Of a stretch of 64,000 nucleotides of DNA, positions 28,426 to 42,272 are shown piece after piece; the stretch's first letter is position 1; every line of letters starts with the position of its first letter. The DNA lies in contig OZ024741.1 in NCBI GenBank assembly GCA_964016885.1, forward strand, positions 86,552,001-86,616,000, in the 5' to 3' direction. The position numbers were made by a program, and so were the translations under genes. The notes under the pieces were generated by a model. The model did not search any database, had not been told where the DNA came from, and saw only the letters and a program-made list of their open reading frames with translations. Source of the DNA: Eledone cirrhosa (Eukaryota).

Positions 28426-31400
28426 CCTACCTCACAATTTCCCTCCCACCCACCCCCTCACACCACCATAGCCTATTCGACCAATCAAACCTCAGCATGC
28501 CATTTCTTCTACTACTACTACTACCTAACTCTCTGCTCCCCCGTCCCAGCCCAACACACCCTGCCATTATTACCACCACCACTGTTCTTCTAGCCCTGAA
28601 ATTTTCCTACCGTTATGTATGGATGAGCTGAGAATAAATTGGAGCAACTCTGAATTAATACATGAAATGAATATGAATCCACAAGTTACCAAGCACCCAT
28701 GTGAAGCCCCAATCCAGAGAGAGGAAGCACACACACACCCCTGCAAAAATCGACCCTTCCCTATGAGTGTCGACAAATGCCCAAAACTCCGAGTTGGTAC
28801 CATCAATGTAAGCACAATGAAAGGAAGAGCAGGAGAAATTGTAGAAATGCTAGAGCGAAAGGAAATTGATGTATGCTGTGTGCAAGAGACTAGATGGAGA
28901 GGAGAATCTGCTAGAGTCTTTGTAGGAAAAAGTCAGTGCTACAAATTTTTCTGGGTGGGAAATGACGATGGGATGGGTGGTGTAAGTATACTACTAGCTG
29001 ACAAGTGGGTAGATAAAGTAATCTCAGTGTACAGGGTAAATGCAAGAATCATTAAACTCGGACTAGTCCTGAATAAAGCAATTACCACAATAATATCAGC
29101 TTACGCACCCCAATCGGGGTTGCCAGACGAACTTAAGGATAGATTTTACGAGTCCCTAATGCACACTACTGCTCTAACAAATGACAATGACTTCCTAATC
29201 GTCGCAGGAGATTTTAACGGGCACGTAGGTAAACACTGTGACGGCTTCAATAGAGTCCATGAAGGCCACGGGGTTGGCACAAGAAATGAGGAAGGATTCA
29301 GACTTCTAGAATTCTGCGACGCCAATGACATGTCGATATGTAACACAAACTTCAAAAAATCGGACAACCACCTGATCACCTATAGATCAGGGGAGCATTC
29401 TAGTCAGATAGATTTTATCCTCATCAGAGGACGTGACAGATGGACGGTCGTAAACACAAAAGCCTACCCTAGTGAGGAATGTACCTCCCAACATAGCTTA
29501 GTTGTCAGCGACCTCACGGTCAGAACTAGATGAACCTGGAAACATAGGCCAACCTGGAGAAGAAAGATCTGGAAGCTGAAAGACCCAGTAACAGATTTAA
29601 AGATATTTTACTCAACGCCTACGACAGTAAAGAAGAACAGATAGAGACATTCAATGTAGAAAAGCACTGGGAGTTCCTAAAAAAATAACTTACTAGAGGC
29701 GACGGATGAGATCTGTGGCTGGAGTAAAACCACAAGCAGGAGGAGAGTGACTTGGTGGTGGAACAATAAGGTAGATGAGGCAGTTAAGACCAAGAGACAG
29801 GCATGGAAAGAATGGAAGAACGGGGGGAGCAGGGTACATTACATAGAGACCAAGAGGGAAGCTAGGCGACAAGTATACTTAGCTAGGAGGGAAGCAGAGG
29901 ATAGAAAATTCAAGAAAGTTTTGCAATGTGAGGACCAGAAATAGGAGGTGTTCAAGATTGCGAGGCAGTGTGTCAGAGAGAATTATGATGTCATTGGAGA
30001 GAAGTGTATCCGGAATGATAAAGGTGAGCTTGCCCTCACAAGTGCTGAAAAGAAAGATGCATGGAAGAGCCATTATGATAGATTACTAAATGAGGAGAAT
30101 GCATGGGAAGAAGAGACCCTATAGAGGAGCCAGCAGTACAAGTCAGCAGCAGCGTAGTAAGTAAGGCAATCAAAGATATGAAGATGGGGAAGGCAACCGG
30201 TCCATCGGGTATAGCTGCCGAGATGCTGAAGGCATCTGGGTCTGTAGGTCACACTATAACCACACGTATTGTTAACCAGGTAATACTAGGTGTCATACCA
30301 AAAGATTGGTGCAGTAGCATCATTGTCAACTGCTACAAAGGTAAAGGTGATGCACTAGATAGAGGAAACTATAGAGGTATAAAGCTGATGGACCAGGTCA
30401 TGAAAGTAATAGAAAGAGTTATAGCACAGTTGATTAGGGACCGGGTGAAAATAGATGAGATGCAATTTGGGTTTGTACTAGGAAGAGGCACCACTGATGC
30501 CCTCTTCCTTGTGAGGCAGTTACAGGAAAAGTACCTAGCTAAAAGTAAGCCACTCTACCTGGCATTCGTCGATCTCAAGAAAGCCTTTGACAGAGTTCCA
30601 TGTGCTGTAATATGGTGGGCTCTTAGAAAACTAGGAGTAGATGAAAGCTGTACAAGCCATGTATAGGGGAGCAGTCAGCAAAGTTAGGATTAGCAATGAG
30701 TATAGCGAGGAATTTAGCGTACAGGTTGGTGTCCACCAGGGCTCTGTTCTTAGCCCTCTCCTGTTCATCATAGTCCAGCAGGCAATAACGGAGGAGTTTA
30801 AGACCGGATGCCCATGGGAACTCCTGTATGCTGATGACCTCGCACTTATAGCTGAATCTATGGTAGAACTAGAGAAGAAATTCCAAACTTGGAAGCAGGG
30901 ACTAGAAAGAAAGGGTTTCAAAGTCAACATGACAAAGACTAGGGTCCTTGTAAGTAGACGAGAAAACAGAACCCAGATCCCCTCAGGGAAATGGCCTTGC
31001 TCAGTATGTAGGAAAGGTGTAGGTAGGAACTCCATTCTCTGCCCCAAATGCAAACAATGGGTATACAAGAGATGTAGCGGGATCTCAGGAAGCTTAATTA
31101 AGAATGTAGGCTTCACATGCAGCAGCTGTGCTGGGACAGCAAGCAGCAAACAGCTACAGGAAACAAGTACCACCAATATCTGGGAGGGCTCTGTAGAAAC
31201 AGTAGACAGCTTCTGCTACCTAGGTGACCGAATTAGCAGCGGAGGTGGGTGTTCAGAAAGTACAATAACTAGGGTAAGAACGGGATGGAAGAAGTTCAGG
31301 GAACTACTGCCACTGCTAGCTGCAAAAGGCTTCTCCCTCAAAATGAAAGGCAGACTGTATGATGCGTGTATCCGAACGGCAATGTTACATGGTAGTGAGA

Positions 31401-32100
31401 CCTGGGCGCTGAAGGTGGAAGACTTACGTAGATTAGAAAGAAACGAAGCCTGCATGCTCCGATGGATGTGTAATAGTAATATACGCGAACGACAAAGCAT
31501 AAATGAATTGAGAGAGAGACTGAGCATAAGAGGAATCAAATGCTGTGTGCAGGAGAGGCAGTTGCATTGGTATGGACATGTGATGCGTATGAAGGATGAC
31601 AGCTGCATAAAAAGGTGCAGAGCACTAGAAGTCAATGGAAACCGCGGAGTGGGGAGATCCAAGAAGACCTGGGATGAGGTGATAAAAGCCGACCTTACCC
31701 AATTACACCTCTCAAAGGCGATGACACACGACCGTGACCTCTGGCGTCACACAGTAATACAGAGTACCCGACCTCCCATGGTTACAAGCTGAAGCATATA
31801 GACAATATGCCCCCACACCCTCCCACTGCAAGGTGGTCGTGGAGGTGCCACGGCAAAAAAGCACCCAGCCCACACTGTAAAGTGGACGTGTAGGCACCGT
31901 GGAAAAAGCACCCAGCACTCACTGTAAATGAGGTTGGTGTTAGGAAGGGCATCCAGCTGTAGAAATCAAGCCAAAATCAGTTCCTGTATGAGCAAGGCAT
32001 GGTCAGCCGACCAGACACTGCCCACAACAGGACAACCCGTCTAACCCATTCTAGCATGGAAGAACGGACGTAAAACGGTGATGATGATGATGATGATGAT
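28426..32100 (+). mobile_element. Full-length but disrupted RTE family A, copy 2
   Basis: ORF pieces 28619-29533, 29747-29944, 30103-30666 and 30641-31792; stops and small deletions; PHD His changed to Tyr; (GAT)n tail. Confidence 0.92.
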
Positions 32101-32330
32101 AGTAATTATATTTATTTTATCTTGTGCATTTGCTTACCATGTGTGTTTGTTTATTTATTTTTTTATTTTTTTTATTTGTGCTTTCTCCTCTTTATCGCTA
32201 TCAACTAAATAATAATTTTTATTTCCTTAATTCTTATTTTTTAATTTTATATTTTTATTTGTATGTGATTGCGTATGTAGGTATATATATCTTATATGTG
32301 TGTGCGTATGTATGTGTTTATATGTGTGTA

Positions 32331-32393
<63 letters not shown>

Positions 32394-32676
32394 ATTTATA
32401 TACCTTTATATTTATTATTCTTTTTCTCCTTTTCTTCTTCTTCCTCCAGCCTCACTTTCATATTTATTATATTTTTGTTTTGCAAATCCACTTTCAATAA
32501 ATACACCAGGATTTTTTCATTCTGCTGAATGAAAGCACATTTGTTTGATTTCAAGAAACCACTGGTAAATGAAATAATTATTTTATGTTGTTTATTACAT
32601 AACTAATAAGCTCGATAACCTACATAGAGCACTCTTTTTTCCTGGACCTTTCCGACGGAATTACTTCACATATATA

Positions 32677-33008
32677 TCATCATCATCATTTCATTTTACG
32701 TCCGCTTTTTCCCTGCTTGCAAGGGTGGGACGAGAACTGATTCTGGCTTGCTTTCTACAGCTGGATGCCCTTCCTAACACCAACCTCATTTACATTGAGT
32801 GATGGGTGCTTTTTTGTCGTGGCACCTCCACAACCACTTTGTAGTGGAATGATATGGACCCCAGTCCTTATCATCTCATTTCTACAGCTGAGTAAACTGG
32901 AGCAATGTGAAATAAAGTGTCTTGCTCAAGGAAACAACACATCACCCGGTCTGAGAATTGAACTCACAACCTTTCGATTGCAAGGCCAATGCTCTAACCA
33001 CTAAGCCA
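32677..33008 (-). mobile_element. SINE family A
   Basis: Near-identical to 1624-1970; its head abuts the tail of the RTE at 33008. Confidence 0.88.
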
Positions 33009-36000
33009 TCATCATCAGGTTTAGCGTCCGTGTTCCACGCTTGCATGGGTTTGGACGGGGGTTTTCCCACTTGAGGCAAGGGTGTTTGTCTTGCTCGCAT
33101 AGGACTGTCTGGCGGGTTTTCTACAGTTGGATGCCCTTCCTAACACCAACCACATTTACAGTGTGGGGCTGGGAGGTTTTTACCGTGTTGCCTACACGGC
33201 CACATTACAGCGTGGACTGTCTGGCGGGTTTTCTACAGCTGGATGCCCTTCCTAACACCAACCACATTTACAGTGTGGGGCTGGGAGGTTTTTACCGTGT
33301 TGCCTACACGGCCACATTACAGCGTGGACTGTCTGGCGGGTTTTCTACAGCTGGATGCCCTTCCTAACACCAACCACATTTACAGTGTGGGGCTGGGAGG
33401 TTTTTACCGTGTTGCCTACACGGCCACATTTAGAGCGTGGACTGTGTGTTTTTTTGTCGTGACACCTACACAATCTCATTTGTTTTGGCCTGGATGTTGT
33501 GGGACCAACATAACTTTACATTGAAAGGGGCGGTGTGGAGGTGGTGGGACGAGGGTGTGTTTTGATAGAGATGCCTACTGACTGTAGTAGGTTTTTACTT
33601 TGTATTTAGGTAAGGCGGGTCTTCTCTATTACTGAGTACCGCCAAAGGTCTCGGTCCAGTGACATTGTCTTGGAGAGGTGTAAGCGTGTGAGGTCGGAAT
33701 TTATCAGCTCGTCCCATGTTTTTCTGGGTCTGCCTACTCCGTGGCTACCGTCTATCTTTATTGCCCTGCACTTTGTTATACAGCTGCATCTTTATTGCCC
33801 TGCACTTTGTTATTCATGCGCATCACGTGACCGTACCAACGTAGCCTTCTCTCGAGTAAACAACATCTGATCCTTCTTATTTCTAATTTTTTCCTTAGTT
33901 CGTTTATGCTTTGCCGTTCACGTATATTACTATTGCACATCCAGCGGAGCATGCAAGCTTCGTTCCTCTCTAGTCTGCGTATATCCTCTGCACACAATGC
34001 CCAGGTCTCACTGCCATGCAGCATTGCTGTTCGTATGCAGGCATCGTATAACCTGCCTTTCATTTTTAGGGAGAACCCTCTAGCGGCTAATAGTGGTATA
34101 AGCTCTCTGAACTTTTTCCATCCAGTTCTGACTCTAGCTACTGTACTTTCAGAGCACCCTCCCCCACTGCTGATTTTGTCACCCAGGGAACGGAAGCTGT
34201 CCACTATTTCTATAGAACCCTCTGCGCAGTTGAAGGAGCTAGTATTTTGTGGGCACTTGCTGCTACTTATTGCACCAGAGCACCGGCCACATTTAAAATC
34301 TATGTTCTTAGTTAGCTTACCTGTGATCCCACTACATCTTTTATGCACCCATACTTTGCATTTGGGACATAAAATGGAGTTTCTACCTACGCCTTTCCTA
34401 CACACTGAGCATGGCCATTTCCCAGATGGGACTGCCGCCTTATTTTCTTTCCTACAAACTAGAACTTTAGTCTTAGCCAGGTTAATTTTAAGGCCTTTTG
34501 ATTCTAGGCCGTGCTTCCATGTTTGGAATTTCTTCTCTAGTTCGGTCATTGATTCAGCTATGAGCGTTAGATCATCTGCGTATAGGAGTTCCCATGGGCA
34601 GCCGGTCTTGAACTCCTCTGTTATAGCCTGAAGGGCAATAATAAATAGTAGGGGGCTAAGAACAGAGCCCTGATGGACACCAACTTTTACGCTAAACTCT
34701 TCACTATATTCGTTGTTAATTCTAACCTTACTGACTGTTTCTTTATACATGGCTTGTATAGCTCTCACAAGCCATTCGTCAACACCTAGTTTTCTAAGAG
34801 ACCACCAGATAATGGAACGGGGGACTCTGTCGAAGGCTTCCTCCAAGTCGACGAAAGCTAAGTATAGGGGTTTACTTTTAGCTAGGTACTTCTCCTGTAG
34901 TTGTCGTACAATGAAAAGAGCATCTGTGGTACTTTTGCCTGACACAAACCCGAACTGCATTTCATCTAGATCAATTCTCTCTCTGATTAGTTGCGCTATT
35001 ACTTTTTCCGTGACCTTCATGACCTGGTCGATTAATTTAATGCCTCTATAGTTACTCCTATCTAGGGCATCTCCTTTTCCCTTATAGCAGTTAACGATGA
35101 TGCTGCTACGCCAGTCCTTCGGAACAACCCCATTCTGTACGACTTGGTTAACTATCCGGGTGACCATGGTGTGTCCCACCGAACCAGATGCCTTCAGCAT
35201 CTCAGCAACTATTTCCGAAGGACCAGCCGCCTTACCCGTCTTCATATCTTTGATTGCCTTGCTTATTGTACTACCCTGGACTAACACTGCTGGTCCCTCT
35301 ATTGGGTCGATGTGGGGGAGACTGTCTTTCTCCCATTTGTTCTCCTCATTTAGAAGCCTTTCGTAGTGACACTTCCAAGCTACTTTCTTATCAGCGTCGG
35401 TGATGGCAAGTATGCCATCATCGTTAAGTACACACTTCTCCCCGACAATATCACGGTTTTCCTTGACACATTGCCTGGCAATCCTGAACACCTCACGTTT
35501 TTGGTCCTCACGTTGTAGAACATGCTTGAACTTTCTTTCCTCTGCTTCCCTTCTTGCGAAGTACACTTGTCTCCTAGCTTCCCTCCTGGCCACTTGATAG
35601 TCTTCTCTACTTCCCCCATCCCGCCATGCTTTACAAGCCTGCTTTTTGGCCTTAATTGACTCCTCCACCTTACTGTTCCACCACCATGTTACTCTCCTCC
35701 TACCTACAGGCCTGCTCCAGCCACAGACTTCATCTGCCGCCGTCAGCAGGTTTGCTCTCAGGAATTCCCACTATATTATACGACTCTAATTGCTCTTCCT
35801 TACTGTCGAAAGCGTCAAGTAATATGCTTTGAAATTTATTTCTGGCTATGGGGTCCTTTAGCTTCCATATTTTTCTCCTGAGGATAGTCCTCTTCCGCTG
35901 TCTAGTACGTCTCGTCCTGACTATGAGGTCGCTAATTATCAGTCTATGTTGGGGGGTGAATTCTTCATGGGGGAGGGATTTAGTGTTAACAACAGACACT

Positions 36001-36960
36001 CTGTCACGTCTTCTGGTAAGGATATAATCTACCTGGCTTGTGTGTTCCCCCGATCTATAGGTGATCAAGTGATTGTCTCGTTTTTTGAAGTTAGTGTTAC
36101 AGATAGTTAAGTTATTTGCGTCGCAGAATTCCAGGATTCTGGAGCCTTCCTCATTCCTAGTACCGAACCCATAGCCTCCATGGATTCCGTCATAGCCGTC
36201 ACAATGTTGTCCAACATGACCATTTAGGTCGCCTGCAATAACTATATAGTCACTGTCGGTTATTTGGGAGGTAGCGAGCATCAGTGTCTCGTAGAATCTG
36301 TCTTTTATAGCGCCGGGCAGTCCGGATTGGGGTGCGCACGCAGATATTACTGTCACCGTAGTTTTATTGAGGACAAGTCTTATTTTAATTATTCTGTCGT
36401 TCACTCTATTTACGTCTATTATCTTATCTGCCCACTTTTCTGCTACCATGATTCCTACCCCACCCAACCCATTGTCATTTCCCACCCAGAAAAGCTTATA
36501 GCATCGTTCTTTACCCACGATGAATCTAGCCGACCCTCCCCTCCACCTGGTCTCTTGAATACAACAAACATCGACCTCCTTACATTCAAGCATTTCTACA
36601 ACCTCGTTAGAGCGACCCTTTAAGGTGCCTACATTCATGGTACCAACTCTGAAGTTTTGGATTGCGTTTGGAGGGTGGGAGCGGTGGGACGCGGCGGGGG
36701 GGGGGGGTTATGTTAGCCATCCTGGGCCGAAACAAGGAGGAGTGCTTGCATTCTCGTCCATGAGGTGAATTTGGCTTTATCTTTGGCATTGTCGCTGAGC
36801 GTCCAGATTTTTCTCTCTTCAACTCTCCAGAATTCCGTAGTCCATCCATCATATCGAAAAGCAACCAGTTAAGCGATAGTATGGGCCTCTGACTTATCAT
36901 TGGTCCACGTAATAATAGTGGTGCGTGGGGGCGGGTGGGAAGGATGATGGGTTGTTAGCG
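33008..36960 (-). mobile_element. Near full-length RTE family B, copy 1 (disrupted)
   Basis: APE ORF 36638-35730 and RT/PHD ORF 35668-33776; 3' UTR contains a 112-bp triplication. Confidence 0.92.
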
Positions 36961-37655
36961 AGAATGTAAGGTTTAAGATAAGATTGCCGTATTTTGGGCA
37001 TAATTTAACAATAAACGAAAATACAAGATTTGTTTTGTTTAAGAAAATACGATAGAGAAAATGCGGTGATAGGGAAAATATGATTTTTAGAGAAAAATAT
37101 GATATAGAATGGTGAAAATATGATATAGTGTGAAATTAGGACATAGAATAGTGATTGAATGAATGGATTCGAATGGAGAGAAGAATCGAGAAAAATATTT
37201 GAACGTTACTTTATACCGCAGGAACAGCCATCCCAGAAATAGCGAGTTGGCGATTTTGATTAATTTTGGTAGGGTTTATCTTATATGTATAGAGAGGGGG
37301 GGGGGGCTGGAACCAGCATGATGTATGGGTAGGGGGTAGAAGATGGGATGGAGCAGAGGTTAAGAGTTTAAATAGGTACTCGAAGTTTTGCGTAAAACTT
37401 AGCAAGTTTAACAAAATATATTTAAAGGAATATATAATAGTGATTTGTTTTGTTATGAAAATACGACAGAATATGAAAATATGACAGAATTAAGCGAGAA
37501 TGTAAGGTTTAAGATAAGATCGCCGTGTGCCTATATACACATATATACACATAAATACATTCTAAACACACACACTCACATATATATATATATATACATA
37601 TAAGATGTAGAACTCATGCCAGCATGGAATTCAAATGTAAAAGGATGATGGTGTG

Positions 37656-37714
<59 letters not shown>

Positions 37715-37797
37715 ATATATATATACATACATACACATATGTACATACAGACATATACATACTAAATACATTTTAAGACTTATGAGAACTAGTAAAG

Positions 37798-37887
37798 GAC
37801 CATGCTTCATATATCATCCTTATCCTTTTATGTCTATATATATATATATATACATAAAAGGATAAGGATGATATATGAAGCATGGTC
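37798..37887. repeat. Perfect inverted repeat around a (TA)n spacer
   Basis: GACCATGCTTCATATATCATCCTTATCCTTTTATGT versus ACATAAAAGGATAAGGATGATATATGAAGCATGGTC. Confidence 0.9.
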
Positions 37888-37900
37888 AGGTATGATACAT

Positions 37901-38719
37901 TTTAGGTATGATACATTTTATTACTAATTATATCTAAATGTTTCTTCTCTCTTCATAATGTATTTTTAACTCTGATACTGGTTCAGTCTGGTTCAAACTG
38001 AATTGGTCTGTCCCAGTCATTCATTGAGCAACATCGGTGAAGTTGGCACCCTTAACTCACAGTTGGGTGCGGATGCATTCATGTATATATGTGTGTGTCC
38101 GCATGTATCTGTGTGTTTCTAAATATATTAATAACTCCCTCTTGTCGAGCAATCTTTGAAGTGTGGGGACAACTGGAAAGCTTCCATTACTCATACTTCT
38201 CGCCTTCTTCACTACCTCTTCTACGGCCTCGATATGAATACCCCCTCCGCCTCCGTGGTATTTTCTTTGTGGTTATAAGAGGCTTAGCTCTGTTTCTCGA
38301 CCGTTATATCGCGTGACTATCTCCCCCTCCGCCTTTTGGGATTCTTTCTCACGTCGTGTAGACGCGTTCTTGAGACTAGTAAAATGAGGTATCCTCTTGA
38401 TAAGTCGGCAGACCTCGCAAGGACTCTATATCTTTGATATATTGTTTTTGTTTATGCCATGAAACTACGTAGTCGAGGAATTTAGGAACAGTTTAGGTAT
38501 GATACATTTTATTACTAATTATATCTAAATGTTTCTTCTCTCTTCATAATGTATTTTTAACTCTGATACTGGTTCAGTCTGGTTCAAACTGAATTGGTCT
38601 GTCCCAGTCATTCATTGAGCAACATCGGTGAAGTTGGCACCCTTAACTCACAGTTGGGTGCGGATGCATTCATGTATATATGTGTGTGTCCGCATGTATC
38701 TGTGTGTTTCTAAATATAT
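37901..38719. repeat. LTR-like unit: 228-bp direct repeats flanking 363 bp
   Basis: 37901-38128 matches 38492-38719 (period 591), followed by (TA)n. Confidence 0.88.
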
Positions 38720-38970
38720 ATATATATATATATATATTTGCTGGTTTCAGTTATTAGAATGTAGCCATGCTGGCGCACTATATATGATACAGTTTTCAGT
38801 GTTACACTTCCTATAACTAAGTCCTCGAAATACTCAATGTCACTGTTAACCATTATAGCTGATAACAATCAACTTATAATCATCCATTCTACTTGACATC
38901 AGCTTAATATGACTGACTTTACTGAAAGATAAATAACCTAAAAATGTAACATTAATTACATACATCAATG

Positions 38971-39150
38971 GTGGATTGGCAGTATCGGTAGAGGGTCGGA
39001 CGCCATGCTTTCCAGCATAGTTATGTCCCTTTACGATCTGAGTTCAAATCCTGCCAAGGTTGACTTTGCCTTTCATCCTTACGGGGTCGATAAAATAAAG
39101 TACCAGTAATGCACTGGGTAATTGCTGGCCTTGTGCCTAAAGTAGAAACA
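38971..39150 (+). mobile_element. Full-length tRNA-derived SINE family B with 20-bp TSD
   Basis: A box TGGCAGTATCGG, B box GAGTTCAAATC, body CCTTTCATCCTTACGGGGTCGATAAAATAAAGTACCAG; TSD ATTAATTACATACATCAATG at 38951-38970 and 39151-39170. Confidence 0.9.
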
Positions 39151-39895
39151 ATTAATTACATACATCAATGATGTAGTGGTTTGGGTACTGGACTCACAAT
39201 CATAATACGATGGTTTTGATTCCTGGACTGGGTAACACATTGTGTTTTTGAGTAAGATGTTTCATTTCGTATTCCTTTTTTTTTTGAGAAGAATTAAAAT
39301 ACCCAAGACCCCTCCTGTGAGATACCATGTCCTAGGAAGCCAGCTAAGCCTGCATATGTTGTCTTCATCTTATTTCTTATTTCTGGGAGAGTTATGGAGG
39401 TGCAGCAGAGTCTTCAAGCATGCTTTCCAGCAGCTGTCTCCAATTGATTCGGCTGGATCCCCAAGTGATGTTATTGCTGGACAGATTTTAAGGGCAAAAC
39501 TAACCAGCAGAAGAACCAGGGTTCAAGCAAGATGGTTGGATAACATCCGTTGCAAGCTGTAAATCACCCACCCCACACCACCCCGCCTTTTTTTCTTCTC
39601 ATATCTATCTAGTGGATAAGTGCATTATGACTTAGTTTAAAAATAAATGTTCCTGGTTAGAATCTAAACTGAAGAATAAGACATCTGATAGGAGATGAAA
39701 CCAATCAAAATATACTATACATGTTTTTTCCTTGTTTGCCCTTCATTCTCTAGATTGGCTTATATGTCTAGTCTGATGGGCTGATGAGTCCTATTTGGGC
39801 CTAAACATATTGTACAAGGTGTGGCATGTGGCATACTGCTAGACGTAGGTATAGATATTTATAGAATTTTCATTCCTAAAAATGAGGTTAGTTGT

Positions 39896-39961
<66 letters not shown>

Positions 39962-40049
39962 ATAAATTGAAATACAAGGCTTTGCTGTAACATTTGACTA
40001 AATAAAACAGTCTAATAACAGGGTGTATAAACTGACTGAATGGAAAACG

Positions 40050-40109
40050 TTGGGAGTTGAATCCACACAATGGGAGTTGAATCCACACATGGGAGTTGAA
40101 TCCACACAA
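40050..40109. repeat. Short tandem repeat, three copies of TGGGAGTTGAATCCACACA
   Basis: Directly visible. Confidence 0.85.
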
Positions 40110-41296
40110 TTCTACACTATATCACAATTGGTTGAATCACTTATTACTTTTGACCCTTTTAATAGCAACCTGTCCAAATCTGCTTCTGTCTCCATGAAAC
40201 AAAGCTATTCATTCTAAAGGGTTCCTATTCAAATTAAAAATTTCAGACATAATTTGACATAAGAACCTTTTGTTATGTTACAAACACCATCTTAATAAGG
40301 AAGTAATTAATAATTTTAGTAGATCCTTCCAAATTATTTATACAGTATGTTTCATTAGAAATACAGAAATGAAAAGTTTATTATTAATAGCCTTATATGT
40401 CTTGGCCAAATTCAAATTTGGAAAGTATATTCTTAATGCTGACTTTTAATCAATTCTCTTAACTTAATGCAGGCTTTTAATCAGCATGATTCTTAACTCA
40501 GCACTAACACCTTACAGGGTGGACTGTGTTTTTGTAGTGGCACTCACATTACCTTATTGTAACATTCTGGTGCTTAGTGTACTTGATCATGTTGGTGGAG
40601 GGGGTGAGGCTGGCATACAGGCATTGCACTGCTGGAGAGGGGAGGAATTGTGGTGGCCTTGAAGCAAGTGAATGGTGTCTAACATGTTGTGGGGGGTGCT
40701 TGGTTTCTCTTGATGGTATAAAGGGATGGGGAAGGGGGCGTTTATATATATTTTTGGAGCAAATAGGTGGGCAGGTGTGTCATTTTGGGGTGTTCCAAGC
40801 TTTCCTGGGTTGGGAAAGTGTTTAGGGTGCAGGAAAGGTGTATCAGTAAGGATTATAGTAGCAAGTGAGGGCTTGAGAGTTGTTCCATCTCTCTGCTTCT
40901 TCAGGTTTAGGGTTGGAAAGATCAGGTGTATGCTGGCAGGGTATCCAGGAGTATATTGGCAGGCAGAATGTGGGACCTAAGTGGTGTACCACCTCTCTGC
41001 TTCTTCAGGTTTAGGGTGGAGGGAGGTAGGTGGCTTAGCCATCCTTCTTGTGAGCCTCATTCTATTTATGTAGAAAGGTGAGTTCCTCATATTACAGATG
41101 TGAAGGGATGAAAAACAAATATGACCAGTAGTGGAAGATATGCTTCCAACTAGCAAAAAGAAATGTCTATCAGACAACACAGTCCATGAAGCTCATCCTT
41201 AAACTCTCTCACTTTTTTGTTTCGTTTTACATTTTGGTTGCTTGAAAATATTTTCATTGCCACACACACATTGAATTGATTTTCTAAGCACTAAAA

Positions 41297-41575
41297 TATC
41301 ATCATCATCATCATCACCATTTAATGTCCATTTTTCCATGCTAGCATGGGTTAGATGAGTTGTCCCATTGTGAGACAAGCCAGGCCAGAGGACTATGTCT
41401 TGCTCATACAGAACTGATTTTGGCTTGGTAGCATTTAGTTATGGCTCTTTGCGTTCTGTGATCAAATCCCACAGAAATCAACTTTGTCTTTCACCCTTCT
41501 TGGGTCAATAAAATAAAGTACCAGTTAAGTACTGAGATCAATAAAATTGTTGGACTTGTGCCTAAATTAGAAACC
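41297..41575. mobile_element. Old RTE 3' end (minus) fused to an old SINE family B remnant (plus)
   Basis: (CAT)n-TTTAATGTCCATTTTTCCATGCTAGCATGGGTTAG..., then CAAATCCCAC...GGTCAATAAAATAAAGTACCAG. Confidence 0.6.
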
Positions 41576-42029
41576 ATAAGTTTACCAGCAAGATCCATTG
41601 AGACCTATTGTTGGTATTTACTAATTAGAAGGAAAAACTAAATACGGTCACTTTTTGTTGTACCTAAAAACTTCAACCTTTCCTTTTCTTACAGACTCAA
41701 TGACATTTGAAATCAGAACAAATGAAAGTAAGCACTGTAAGGCCTTTAGTGTGACACTTGATTATTTCATCCATCCCACACACTACCTAACATAATTATG
41801 GGGATATTTAAACTTATTTCAATAATGGCAATCATACTGTGCTGAAGTCTACACTAGATTTCTGATTAGATTCTGAGTTTCCATAATGTGTGCGTGTTTT
41901 AAATAGCAGTGGTTAATTTCCCTTACTATGTATATACTATCATTCTTCAGTTTAAGGTTGGAACTGGAACTTCTTTGATATTCTTTTAATTTAATGGGTT
42001 TATCTTATTTTCCATTGAAAATTTTTCGC

Positions 42030-42272
42030 GCCATCATTTTATATCCCTTTTTCCATGGGTTGGACAGTTCCTTTCCAGCGTAGTCTCCTTTCACTTGTGG
42101 CATTCCATCATCTGTTTTCAAATCAGTTCTAACCACTTCTGTCCAGGTTTTTCTCTGCCTTAACTGCAGCTTCCTTCACTGGTATTTCTTCACCCAGCAA
42201 CCATCATCAATATGCATCACACGTCTATATCAGTGCAGTCTTCTCTTTTGTACATAACATCTGATTCCTCTT
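42030..42272 (-). mobile_element. Old RTE 3' remnant
   Basis: Reverse strand degenerate RGIRC.VQ.RRLH.Y.RVM...DGCWVKK. Confidence 0.55.

Noticed and set aside
33906-34631. Antisense ORFs over the RTE copies
   Set aside because: Shadow frames of the RT coding strand; they recur only because the copies are homologous.
36607-36900. Separate ORF1 or programmed frameshift in RTE family B (MPKIK..., also 57103-57519)
   Set aside because: The frame offset differs between the two copies across a C-rich or homopolymer tract, so indels or sequencing error are more likely.
41695-41727. Plus-strand 33-nt microexon candidate
   Set aside because: Overlaps what looks like a decayed SINE head; no recognisable peptide.
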